Assembly: GCA_024137785.1 (NCBI GenBank)
Contig: JAHRHZ010000013.1
Coordinates: 12,728,707 to 12,792,706 of the forward strand
Source of the DNA: Ginglymostoma cirratum
Taxonomy: Eukaryota
DNA: 64,000 nt
Direction of reading: 5' to 3'
The position numbers and the translations under genes are program-made. Of the stretch, positions 25,681 through 39,071 are shown in pieces; the first letter of the stretch is position 1, and each line of letters opens with the position of its first letter. A model generated the notes under the pieces. It had not been told where the DNA came from and did not search any database. It saw nothing but the letters and a program-made list of their open reading frames with translations.

Positions 25681-28631
25681 TAATTTCTGAAGTGCAAAAT
25701 ACTAATTTTTCTCGCGTTGTCGTTTTTCTGTTCCATAAAACCCTCCTACTTGCTGTCAAGTGTATAAAGTTAGCTGTTCATGTGATGCAAACAGCCAATA
25801 GGATGAGTGCTTGTGGGTCCCGGATAAGGAAATACACCAATGATGAATGCGTGGAGTCCAGTCAAAAATTCCATATTATCATTCAAAATCTCGTTTCCCC
25901 CTGAAATGATTTTATCGCATAAAAAGAGGAAAATTGGAAAAACCAGGAAAACGCTCAGTTTAAAATCATCCAAAATGGATCATGGTGTTATGATGTTTTA
26001 TCGAATGCAAATTTTGCAAATACATGTTGACGCAGAAACCATCAGAAGGTGGTGTTCAATAGAGATCCGCTACTGTCTGGAATAGTTTACTCTTTTCGAA
26101 GAAGGCTTCTGCACCAAACAACATGTTTCAGTACATTCTCGGGGGGAAACGAAGACAGTTGAGGCAATAATTACCAGAGTTCACTGCACAAGCTTGTCCT
26201 TTTTAGTGCAAGGATGATGTCAAAGGCATTCTAAGGTTCATCGCTTGCAAGAATAATTTTTATAAAATTGTGAAAATATTTGGTTTATTTTAATGAAACA
26301 CGAACATTTTAAAGTCTTAGATAAAAGCGAATATCTTTCTGCAGAGGCTAGTATGAACTCAAAGTATATGCCGAAGTGTTAAATTATCAAGGCAGCAGTA
26401 GAGGATTTTCTCCCTTTACTGCAGATGTATATATTGCATGAACGTTATGTAATCAGTTGAGATTCTTAGCCTAATAAATCGTACTTAAAATACACTATCA
26501 TAATTGTTCGATTGTAAAACGGCTTATTTAATGAAATATTCTCCTGTTAGTTTTTCAGACGCTTTAAAATTGATTTGCATAAAATAACGAACGTTGTGAT
26601 AGCTGAGATACCAAATTAAGCAGAAATTAATCGCATCATCCTTGAAAAATACAGAAATCACAACTATTCGGTAAAACGATTCATTTGAATGCAAACTGTA
26701 TTCTAAGAATTCTAGCAACCTCTGCTTTCTATTGTACATTTGAATTTGTTAGCAAAACTGTACCTTTTAACCCCTCTGTATAAATAAATATTAAATGCAT
26801 CAGTTAGATTTCAGGTGATTCTGTTACACTCACACATTTAGTCTACTTCTAGTACAGCATGTTATATCAATAACTGAAACCCGTTTTAGAAGCACAAAAA
26901 CTCCAACAAGAATTGATAAAGCCTTCAAACGTTCATTCCATTTACCAAGAAGCATAACTAACCTGTCGTTAAAAATATAACTAATTAGCTGGCTAGATTT
27001 GTTAAAGTGAATAAAGTTTTATAACGTTTTTAAGTTGGAATTAAGATCCAACTCAAGGGTGCGCGGTATCAAATTGACCAAATAGAAAAATGACGATTTA
27101 GGTGCACTGTACGTTTTTTTTTTCAAAAAGTAGCCATATACGTTATGCCTTCTTCCCCGAAATGTAATCGATTCACAACATGAGTTCTTGCCAATCAAGG
27201 ATGCATCTTAACACCCTGTAACAATGTTTAGAAGATATTCTGTATCCCGACACAGAATCTAACAATTAATTATAATGAACCGTCTCCAGCCATTACAATA
27301 CATCGTTGTAGGGTACACATAATAACCTAACCAGTTTTGCTGCTTAGTATAATCGTCCACTTGAATACTTTCAACTAAGTATCCAGCACAAAATTAATTG
27401 ACTTCCAGTGCAATTAACAGATGTTCATGTCCACTACTCACTATACAAGGGATCTTTGCAGGAAAATCTACGTGGGATTAGTCTTAATGTTTTATCTTAT
27501 TCTCCAAGACCATCTTGTGTTACTGTTTACACTTACATAATACAGTTTAAATTGTTACGAAAGTTTTATATTGCAGCCGAATCCGATTGATTATGCTAAA
27601 AACTTTATTTTCGCGAAAAAAAACTCATAACATTTAAACTTCTAAAATTTGCTGTTTTCTTCTCTTTGACAGGCAATGGTGTATGCATCGTTTTCTCCTG
27701 ACCACGTAACTTGGCTGTAAATAACGCTGTTGAGTAATTATCTGGACCCATGTATGTATTGAAACATGTTTCGAAAAGAAAGGAAAATGAAGGTTCTTTT
27801 AACATAAACATAAGGCTCTACTTGAGACCAGAGAATGCAGTTCATTCGTCTCTGTAGTCCTTTTTTTCATAATAAACAACGATGGAGCCAGGACCCCCAA
27901 GTGTTACTTCGCCCGTGTACATTTGACATTTTTACTACTAGGGTCGATTTACAGCCATTTTAAAGCGAAAAGCAATGTTAACGCATTGTACGACATTTCC
28001 AAAACGTGTATATTTAAGAGCTTATATCAAATTTATACTTCAGAGAGTGTAGAAATTAGGAAATCGTTTTTAAATTTTAAAAAATAGCCAAGTTATGAAG
28101 CATGGAGTGAAGATTTGTTCGGCGGTTTAATAAATCAGAAATTAGACTTTACCAGTTTAAATTCTCCTCCGAACAGCAAGTCAGTAGTTTAGATGATAAG
28201 GAGTGTCATAATTTCTTCATTTACCGACTGAATCCATCAACACGGCTCAGATAGATTGTACCATGATGAAAATGTGATTGCTTTCCCACTCTATCTGGGG
28301 CATATGGTTAAAACAGCCGGTGTCCAACTCACAAACAAAATAAAACAAATAAAATGGCACATTTCGAAGATACATCTTCGAGCAGACTTGCACCACATCC
28401 CACAGAGCTGCACAACTGTGCGTTTATTGGACTTCAACACGGGAAACAAAACAAAAGATTTTATTCAATGAAATGAGATTTCGTAAGGGATACGCTAACC
28501 TAAGTTTGGAAGTGACCGAAAAGTGACACCGTGTGCATTTTATTTCTTATTAATCTTATACATTGACAGTCTTTGTTAAGTAACAAGGCGTGCCATTCGT
28601 GAGGCGACATTTTCATATTTGTTAGACGCGG

Positions 28632-28648
28632 TGACCTGAATTTCACCT
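28632..28648 (-). promoter_or_regulatory. DR5 RARE 5' of HoxA4
   Basis: Minus strand reads AGGTGA aattc AGGTCA, about 3 kb upstream of the A4 ATG, matching the known HoxA4 5' RARE form. Confidence 0.85.
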
Positions 28649-31600
28649 CGGCCTTGGACTTAGCCATTTCTAAAAGGCCTATAGTGCTCTTTCAAATACC
28701 AGGGTGTTTTGCCCAGGTCATTACCTTTGTGGAGGGGGATGCTAGGCAAAATGAGAGTGCTTCAAAAGCCCACTCGATAATCGCCTTTAAATGTTTGTAA
28801 ATAAATGCTCCCGATTTCTAGCAAAAATCAATAGATTTGTAATGTTTGGCTTGACGAGTCCCGAAAGCAATTCAAGTGGGAACATATTGAGAAATAGTTA
28901 ACGGCTTCTGTGATTAGACAATTTTCTTCTGGAATTTGCAAATTAATTTAACTTGCAAAAGAGTTACACAAAAGACTGCCTTGTTTTACCACTACATCTG
29001 CAGTTCATTTCAAATTCTTCACATTGGTGCCTCCATCCGCGCGTTCTAGGTACCCAAACTTAAACAAGCTACCATTTATTTTTAAAATCGAATCCTAAAA
29101 CATTTAGATTTAAGGGGGAAGGGATTTAGAATATGTAACTTCTTGCTTTAAGACTGAACAATTTTTTTAAAGCAAATCATCAATCTAACCATCTTAAACT
29201 ATTGTTTGCCGTTTAGGAATACGTTTTAATGTCATGCAAACTAATCTAGTAACAAGTGTCAAATTAATAAAACGAAATTATTCGTTTGGAGTAGATTTCT
29301 CAGTTTTCTCAGGAGAAAAAGAAGAAGTCAGATCATTCATAACTGATGCGTCTTTTCCTCTCAATTTTTATCTCTGAGACTTCAAATATAGTATATCACT
29401 TTCATTTAAATCAATGATCTTTCTATCTGTCCGTTCATTTTCCATCATGCACTCTCTCATCCTTTCTGCGTATACAGACATGGGTCTATTTTAAAGCAAT
29501 ATTGCAAATTTCAAGTGGAGTGCGTTTTGTTTTGGAAAACGTTGCATGGAGTCCGAATAAAGATGGCTTCTTCCTGTACTGATTAATGTACCAGAGGCAG
29601 CCTCAAATGTTGAAGGATCTTCCTTTTGTTAACTTTTAGTATGTGATATATAATTTAAAAACTAGTAATACACATCAATTTTGTTTTTCTTCGCAAATAT
29701 TTTATTTAGTGTTCCATTACCTGTGTGCTAATATTTACATTTTCAAAGGCTCACATTCTCCAGCTCTGCAGCGCAAGAACAAGGCTGCTGTACTACGGAA
29801 TAGCTTTATAAGAGAATTGTATCCTGTTACTCCCAATTTCTCTAGTATAGACAAAAGAAAGTGGTATAACACTCAAACTTTGTGAATCCACATGATTTTA
29901 CATTTTACTGTAGCATCGTTAAGTGTATTTGACTTTTATCTTCAATATAATTAAACGGAAAGGGTGCAAAGAAATGGTTAGGTTTGGTATCAACTGTTAC
30001 ATCCGGATTGCAATAATTTCTGAAGCATTTAGTGCCACGAAAAAATCCTGTTCTTTCCTTTTCAGTAAAATCTGGTAATCCATATTGAATGGGTTGTAAC
30101 TGTTTATTTCAAACATCAGGAGACACGGTTAATTTTAAATAGTAACAGCCTATTTAGATTAGGAATGAAGGTATCATAATGATGGTGTTGACGGAATTTT
30201 ATATTGTTGTGGGGGTACATTTTGAGATTCAGAGAAAAAGAGGCAAAGGCGCAATCGGATGCTTTCTCGCAAAAAAAAGAGGAGGACCACAATAAGTGTT
30301 ATTCCTGAATTTTTAGCAAGAAAATTTCGAATCTAGTTTCTCTGTCGCCTTGAGTCTCGGAGTATTCTTGTGGTATTTAGACCAAACTGAGAGGAATACC
30401 ACAACAGCTCTACATATTTCCAATTAGATTATTTAAATAGGATCTCAATTCAAACAAATTTGCTTTTGAGATGTCCCCTAATTTTAAGTTAATGCCAGTG
30501 GATTCACATTATCAAAACTGATTCAGATTGAGGGGAAATATCTCCAACTTCAATCTAAATAATGCCGATCTTGTCTTCCAGTCAGACGGTGTACTCTGCT
30601 GCATGATGAACTCCGACATGCGGAGGACTGCTGTATTGTAATCTCTAACCAAAGAAAGCGAGGAAACGGCGAACCTAAATAAAATAATTCGATTTCTATT
30701 TTTGTGGGAATAAGTATCTTAATTTTTCGTACAGTCGTTGAAAGTTACCTGCTGCATATACACAACAGATAGAAAAATTACCGTGGTCGATTTTTCAAGA
30801 TGAAATACAACGTGTCTCGATCATGAAAAGAATATTTTTTTCTTTCCTTTCGTCAGTAATTGAGGTCGTTCAGTCGCTCGGGTTCACCTGGAGTCCATAG
30901 CATGATACACGAGTAACTCAAAGCTATTTTATCTTTTGTGCTGATAGTCAAGATCGCGCTATAACATTGACATCAAACTCTGTCTGAGCAGATGATTACA
31001 AGTCGTGCAAAACGTAAACTTTTGACCCTCAACTTTTTGACCTACAGTTGTACCGCCCTACCAACCACAGTACAGGGAGCCCTTTTTTCAAAGCATTGCT
31101 GAGGACTGAAATAATATCCCCTTTCGTTCACTATTTTCATGATGTACTGCTAATTTCAGGTCTGGGAATCCTGAACTCACTGTCCCCATTTCCCCCCCAC
31201 CCCCCAAAACGCTCGTTCACCCCCACCACATTTGCTTCCTCCCCATAAGTGAAACCTTTCTTTAATCTCAAAAATCGCATGAACCTCAACTGTCGGCAAG
31301 CTGTTTATTCAAGGGCTCTTTTATTTAGTTGGATGTGTCAAAATGGGTAAGTTTTTACCGTATCGGCCAGCTGATGTAATTATAGATAGCACAAAAAAGC
31401 ATTAAGCTTTTGGGTCTATTTTAGTATATCCGTCCTTTTCTGTTGCACTAATAGAACAATGGAAGTGTGAGCTCCCAGTCCATGCTGATATAAAATGACT
31501 GTGAACTTGGTCTGAAGCGAGCTCTGCTGGTGAGTCGCAGAGTGTGCAGATGTAATTTCTGGTAAATCTCTCCCCCTTTCTCTTTCCTGAACGCATTCCC

Positions 31601-34600
31601 TCCTCGATTTAAGCAACGAAAAGCCTTAATAGAACAATTAAATTATCCACGATTTAAGTTCTATATAGAATGCAAAAAAATGACGAAGTTGCGTTCATAA
31701 TTTGTTTTATTGCTGTGCCAAAGACAGATTGCATTAATGTCACATCCCTTAGAAAAAAATGCAATATTATACAGCTGATATTGCAACTGCAATTATCAGA
31801 TGAAGTAACAAATAAAACATCAAAAAAATTAGTTTAAAAATATCCTCTTGTGTATTGATTCAATGTGCACATTCCTTAAAAGATTAACTTAAATGTTCCC
31901 ATCACTTTTTCAAGAGAACTACAATCCTAACCAAAGTGAAGACATATTTTTACGGTTCATGTTGGCATTATTACTATTATGTAATAATACGTTCTTTAGA
32001 GAAGTGGATTACTGATGATTACTTTTCTTAGGAAACAAATTGTTTGAGGTAATGAAATTTTTTTAAAAAGTGGGTTCATGTGTTTTTCTCTCCATGTCAA
32101 TCTTACTGTGATGCAATGATAACACACAATCCTTCAACTCTATGTTTCAATATCTTGCATTCAAGTAAATGTAGCAGTTATTAATGAAACCATTTACGGA
32201 AGAGTTAAATAGACCTCAATTGCTACAAGGTAGTTCTACAACTGAATCTTCGATGTTGAGAAGTTCACAGCAGACTATCTAGTGTCAATTTGCTTCCTCA
32301 CATTGTTTGCCTGCTCAAGATCAGTTAATTTCGTAAATGATGAGTATAAAAACACATAATGCAAAACGAGAGCAAGAAATAAAATGTAAATACAATACAA
32401 TCCCTGAACCTATATAAGCACGTTCAATTTTGTTTTTTTTTATCAAGCGCCTTCATAGTAATGCTTAGAAGGCGGAGGATTCCATAAAAAAAGTTCAATG
32501 ATAACTAACCAGATCGTTAAAATCCGATATAGCAATTATCATTGAGACAGAAACCCAGTCTGTAAAAGCTATATTCACCCTGATCATTACGTAATATGGA
32601 AAGGAGATACTAGATTATTACGTGCATGACGATATTGCTATGCACATATTGCTAATTATTTCCCTGATAATGAAATACCGCTTTCAAACACAAATGAAGA
32701 AAAATTAGTGCTTAATCTTTCAATTTATTTTACTGCGCTAATGAAGACCAAAACAATTATCTGTTACTTTGCTTACAAATAGAAATTCACAATGCTGCGG
32801 ATCCCCTAAACCCGCTGAAAGGGGGCCCATCAAGATTCATCACAATCTCACATAATATGCAGCTGCACAGATTTACAACTAGGAAACTGCATTAAGCTAA
32901 CAGTAGGTCCAGCTTTGGATTTCTTCGAGAAGCTCATTTGCAAAGCTTAGGCAAAATTCTATTGTGTCCAAAAGACAAACTAGCATACATTGCTATTGAA
33001 AAATGTGTTGTCCTTTCGGTGCCCTTAGCACAGACGAAACGTAAGCACGTCACATTCCAGATTTTATGGCGACCACCTCTCTGTTTTACTACCCGCAACT
33101 TGTTATTTGTTTTGCACTTGTATCTGTCCCGTGTTACGCTTCAGAGAATTGTTGGCAAACCGTGCAATAACTGTTTTTTTTTAAAGAAACGCAGATTAAT
33201 GAGCTGCAGCGTTAAAGACACGATATCTGATAGCTCCGGATTAAGTGCCTCAACCAAAACTTTGCCAATAGCTTAATTTCAGAAAGAGCAAAGACCTGGG
33301 ATTTAGATTTAGACTGGCCAATCAGATTTATTTATTGTATAGAAGACTTATGAGGGAAAACTGAATTGCTGATTTCAGATTAAACGCTCTGTGGTGACAG
33401 AAAGTGAAGAATTTGTTGATAATCTATGTTGACCAATGGAACAAATGGGTTTTAAGCTGCAGATCACATTTCCCTTCAGTGAAAAGGTTGCATAAAGACA
33501 ATTTGTAAAATACTCCCACAAAGCACCCACTCTCTCCTAAAATTGTATCAGTTCACACACACGTACCGTGGCAGCCCTAAACATAGAAAGATATCTCCTG
33601 AAAGACAATTTCACACAATTCTCTTCAGAAAGCATTATCCCCCTCCGAGACACACAAACACAAAGCTTACTTACTAGACGTTTACTAAATTTAGAAACAA
33701 GAAAAATCACTACATTTGAGGAATACATAACTGCCTTCACGATTAAAGAAAGATCGGGAATTTAGTACTTTTCGAAAGGACCTCCATAACGACACCTAAG
33801 GTTTACATTTGTGCCCACAGACTATCTACGCCCCCTCTAAGGATATTGTTACTAAATTTAAATAAACAGTTACATGTTTAGTTTGTTTGATTACACCTTG
33901 CATTCCCACTTCCCCCACCACCCCCCCCCCCACCCCGCAGCAGCCCCTCTGCTCTGCCCCAACCCCAGCCCCCACCATAACCCATCTTCTCCCCTCCCAA
34001 ACCTATTACAGAGTTTCGGTTTTTAAACGGAAAAGTTTTCGAGACTTCAGCGAGCTAACAAATGTACCAATAACACTGACCTTTGCGCAAACTGAAACGA
34101 AATAATAGGTTATTACTAATGGTTGGGGAGAAAACTACAAGTAAATCAATTGCAAATTTTATAACTGGAATATAAATTGGAACTGAAAGTGCCAGTGTAG
34201 CGCTAAGTGAAACTAAAAAATATTTTGCCTTATTATGAAAAGGATTTAAGTGTTCTCACAGATGATAAATTAAACTGTCATATTTAAATGTAAACTAATA
34301 CGAAGGAAATTACAACCGATTGACGCGATTGGCATGGCCGATCCGGAACTACTATAGTAATATTGGTGCTGATTTCCTTTATTTACTGTTGAATCTTTAT
34401 TGCACATCGTAAAACAGACCTAATTGTAGTGGAATGTTTTGAGTAGAAATTCTGCAGGGTAATTGCTTTCTACCGTATTATCCCTTGCAAACGTATGGCC
34501 GCCTGCCATCTCCAATCCCTTGTGTTATAGTTTGGATTTGTCTTTACAGAAAATGTTGAATAACTAAAGAAACTAAGGAACATCTTCCAAATTTATTAAA

Positions 34601-35779
34601 TGTTGTACTTTTGATTCAAAACACTACGTGTTGATGCAGAAAATTATACTCGTATGTCTCCAAAAACACACTAGACTAGCGGAAGCTTCAAAGAATGAAA
34701 AGCCGGTCATAAAGTTTATGGTTCGTCAGTCACAACTGTGGGAAACCTGCAATTGACCAAAAGCAATGTTGGTGTTACAACAGTCAGATTTAAAGTTGCA
34801 GTAACTCTTCCGCTGGCTGTATTTCAAAGGCTTTCTTTTTTATCTATACCTCATTCCAGGCTATTTGGATGAGGATTTTTATGTTCTTCGGTATTAACAT
34901 TTATTTACAACACGTGTACTTTCATCCCTCAAGAGAGGGTTGTCTGTCCCCATTAACGTTTAAACGGAAAATAAGGACAAGACTTTTGGATGCGTGAAAT
35001 ACTGCATGTAACGCATTGCATAATACCTAAGCCAGGCCTTTTGTGATGACAGAAGTTATGCTGTAACGTTGAAAGTAAGAACTAACTGCAATGTTTTCAC
35101 AATATGCTTTAAGGTATCAGTGGTGTACAATTTCCCAAAATGTATGACAAGTAATCTGAAAATACATAACTCTCAACAGTACCAACTGGAGGCAGGGGCA
35201 TAACACTACCCTCAAGAAAATACAACTAAATAATGACACCACAGGGATGCAGGGGAAAGTAAACCAAGTAGAAGAATAACAAGAAGGTATTAAGATGTTG
35301 AACACTGCCAGGACATTTAATTAACATTACTTACATATGCTGTAAGATCTTCTAACACATAAAGTACTTTAAAATTGGAACACATGGGTATCCAAAAAGT
35401 TACTTCTTTTTAATCTTGCTCATTCGTATATTTTTGCCAAAGAGGAGTTCCACACCAGCACAAAGAACACAGTCAACACTTTGCCCAGACATGTTTCTGC
35501 CTCAGTGCACCCTGGGTGCAGCTTAAGTCCATTTTACTGGGCCAAAACTCCTCGTGAAATGTAATTATCGTTAATATTTCAACAAAAAATTACCTTCTCT
35601 TGCAAGACAACACAACTTTCCTGTGCATTGGAGTTGTGGAGCTGTGGATAGTCCTCTGAACATGAAAATTAGCCATTTGAGTGGCCTGTCTGCGCACACA
35701 ATCTGCAAAGGAACCAAATGAAGTCCAGCGTCAGTGAGATTATATGTTATGTAGAATATACTGTTGGTTGTCAACTCCC

Positions 35780-35950
35780 CAAAACCATAAAACTTACTTT
35801 AATGACACCACGTGATTTTTTATAGCCAGTGAGGCTATCAGTCTGTGCTATGGATGATTTTACGATCTAATTCATAGACAAAACCCTATTCATTTGGCAC
35901 CCAAATGTCATATAGCCGGAACTGAGGTGTATAAAAGTTTATTGATTATA
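35780..35950. promoter_or_regulatory. Cdx/Hox-site-rich element 3' of HoxA5 (candidate mesodermal enhancer equivalent)
   Basis: CCATAAAA, CACGTG, TTTTATAG, TGATTTTACG and ATAAAAGTTTATTG are clustered about 1.5 kb 3' of the A5 stop. Confidence 0.45.
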
Positions 35951-36736
35951 ACTTTAAAGGACAAGCACTCAGTAACCAGAAAGGGTAAAAGTGCTGATCC
36001 CCCTTGCTGTCAGGAACTAAGAGGCGAATTTTCTGTCCTGCCTTCAAGCGGTAAGTAAAGTTAACTCTATAAAGTGAAAAATACCTGTTGGGAAAGGTTT
36101 ACGCTACGCTTTGGTCGAGTGCTTGAGAGAACGTGACTAACGCCTACCTGCGGAACAAAGTGGTTGATGTGCTTCAGGACTCCCTTTTTCCCCAGACCAA
36201 AACTATAGAGTTTCCGAAAAGTCATGTCTATAAAGATGGTGCGTATAAATGGAAGATCAGCAACAATAACAACAACAAAGAAATTGGATGTTAGCGGGAA
36301 ATGTGTGGTTCAGCAAATAGTGCTGATTCGCGCAGGGCGCATGGAACAATGCTGCAAGAAGAGAACCTGTTTAATTTGAATTGCGTAAAAATAGTAAATT
36401 ACCATATGGCACCACGTTTAGGTACTGTATTAGCTATTGCTTGCAAAACTCTGAAATTTGCAATAATCAAAGATGTAGAAAATCTGTTTGTTGATTGCCC
36501 GACTTTATAAGTTTACGCAACTTGATTGCCTGTTGTAAACCCCAGCTGTACGAGATTTCCCTCTGGATGACTTGTGCTAAGTTGTACAGATTGGGTGAAA
36601 CTCACAGTTTTTAGTGAGAGTTTTGAACTGAAACTATAATAAACGGAAGTATTCGAAACAGTTTACATCACTGGGCAGCAGACACAGCAGAAAAACTTAT
36701 CTGGGAGCCAAAGTCCAGGAAAGTTACTATAGAAAC

Positions 36737-36742
36737 TTTATT
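36737..36742 (-). terminator. Probable HoxA5 polyadenylation signal
   Basis: AATAAA on the minus strand, about 700 nt after the stop. Confidence 0.55.
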
Positions 36743-36970
36743 TTAACTTCCAGTCAGTTTTAAAAACAAATACAAAAGCTCATCACGAATTTCTTAAACT
36801 GCCAGTCTTTTAGGCTATATATTTATCCTTTGTCACAAAAACATACACTGACGCTGCGCTAAGAGCCACTTATTGGAGTTCGTGCAAAGTCATACAAAGG
36901 CACAGCATAGACATACAGTTCAGAGTCGCAATATCCTTCACAAAATTCACTGCTCACTAATAACACAGAA

Positions 36971-36978
36971 TAGGTAGT
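36971..36978 (-). promoter_or_regulatory. miR-196 8mer site in HoxA5 3'UTR
   Basis: TAGGTAGT on the + strand, between the A5 stop (37438) and AATAAA (36742-36737). Confidence 0.65.
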
Positions 36979-37437
36979 ATCTCGGTGATTTAACACTACG
37001 ATATCAATTACAGAGGACGATGTCCTGAAATTAAATACATATTGCAAGCTTGGAGCTATTTTGACATTTAGCAACACTAACACTTACATACACTTTTTTG
37101 CAGAGTGCAACACATTATTACATTTTAACTGGACGATTTTATACAGTTACTTCAAGTAACACCGCTTGTATTAATATAAATAAGTTAAACAACTATAATT
37201 CACAAAGCTATCCTACTCCTACAACATTGTTGTTACTCCTAGACAATATACTGTAAGCAGATTACTTGTACAAGCAACAGTACGACCAGAAAACAGACTA
37301 ACGATTCAAAGATTGGGATAGGGCAACGTGAAAATGATTTTCTTCATAGAAGTAACACGGGAGAGAAGTTTTGGAAGTCAGTACTGTATTGACATTATGC
37401 TAATTGGTCAGCTTATACTGCCCAGTACTTCTATTGA

Positions 37438-37725
<288 letters not shown>

Positions 37726-38158
37726 TTAGTGCTAACAATACATTGTCGAATATGAAATACAGTATAAAACATATAAAGAAGGCAGAATGCTGAAATCTAG
37801 CCCAGGCATATCTACGCTAACCCTTGCGCTCTTGCTGTACCTTAATACCAAAAATACTTTAGAAACTTAACTATAACTAAATGTGAAAGTGCCCACTTGG
37901 ACAAAGCTGTCCCATAATAAACCACACCTTTTTCTCTCCAACAATCCTTATTTACTCTTACATTACAGATAGAAAACTAGACACCTTACTAATAAAAACC
38001 CCACCACCCAAATAGTTCCAACATATTTGCAACTTTAATAAGATGACCTTTCCAGAGATATTCAGAAACATTAGCGTGCACATTTAGTATTTTGATTTTC
38101 AACATTCAGAGTAATTCAAGACTCCACTAATGAAAAGATGAGAGAGAAGGGATTTTAC

Positions 38159-38738
38159 CGTGACTTATGTGCAGTTTTCGCATCCAGGGGTAAATTTGAG
38201 GCTGTTGTTGTGCTGTGCTTTGCCCGTTCTGTGAACTTGGAGGGTCGCTGCTTGCCGGGGTGTCATCCTCAGTACCAGGCGATGTGCCAACCCCGTCTCT
38301 ACTGATGTGACTGCTGCTGCTGTTGCTGGAATTTGAGGAGGTAGTTGGGCTTGCTATGGAGTTTTTGATTCCGTGGTGGTTTTCGCTAGCAGGCGGACTG
38401 ACCACGGCGGAACAGGGCAGAGGGTCAGGTGAAGGAGACTGAGTGGATGTGGCAGGTTGGCTGTACCTGGTGTCTGCTCCTGCTTCTGGTCCTGCTGCTG
38501 CTGTTGTTGCTGCTGCAGAGTAGCTTCGAGATCGTTCACTGGCATTAAAGTGGTTTGATGCTGGACGGCTAATGCTGAGATCCATCCCATTGTAGCCGTA
38601 GCCGTACCTGCTGGAATGCATCGTTGCAGAATCCCTGTATTGCTCGCTCACCGAGCTATGATCTCCATAATTATGTAACTGGTAGTCCGGGCCATTTGGA
38701 TAGCGACCGCAGAATGAGTTTACAAAGTAAGAGCTCAT
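38159..38738 (-). CDS. HOXA5: HoxA5 coding exon 1
   Basis: Starts [33 protein letters not shown], has [13 protein letters not shown] and donor CACG|GTAAAA. Confidence 0.97.
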
Positions 38739-38759
38739 TTGATTTTTTTATTTATTTAT

Positions 38760-38960
38760 TTTTACTTGATTTGTGGCTCTTGGTCGCTTGTGCGTCTAGC
38801 ACCCTGCACAATTTATGATGAATTATGGAAATGACTGGGACATGTACTTCGTTCCCTCCTACGTAGGCGCCCAAATATGGGGTACGACTTGGAATCACGT
38901 GCTTTTGTTGTCCAGTCGTAAATTCTCACTGATGACCTCTAGAGTTAAATCCGTGCACTG
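38760..38960 (-). promoter_or_regulatory. HoxA5 proximal promoter / 5'UTR conserved block
   Basis: Contains TTTATGATGAATTATGG, CACGTG (38896-38901), GTCGTAAA and TGATGACCTCT, resembling the strongly conserved A5 upstream block. Confidence 0.65.
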
Positions 38961-39057
38961 TGGCTCCAAACTGGAAGGTTGCGTGGAAGGAAGAGCATGG
39001 GGCGCGCGCACAGGGGCGCGCCGCCGGCTCCCCGCAGTAGCTTTGGGTTGTCCTTGC

Positions 39058-39071
39058 GCGCCACCCTCTGG
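39058..39071 (-). promoter_or_regulatory. CTCF site between HoxA5 and HoxA6 (5|6 boundary)
   Basis: Core CCAGAGGGTGGCGC has 2 mismatches to consensus and sits in a small CpG-rich patch just upstream of the A5 promoter. Confidence 0.6.
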
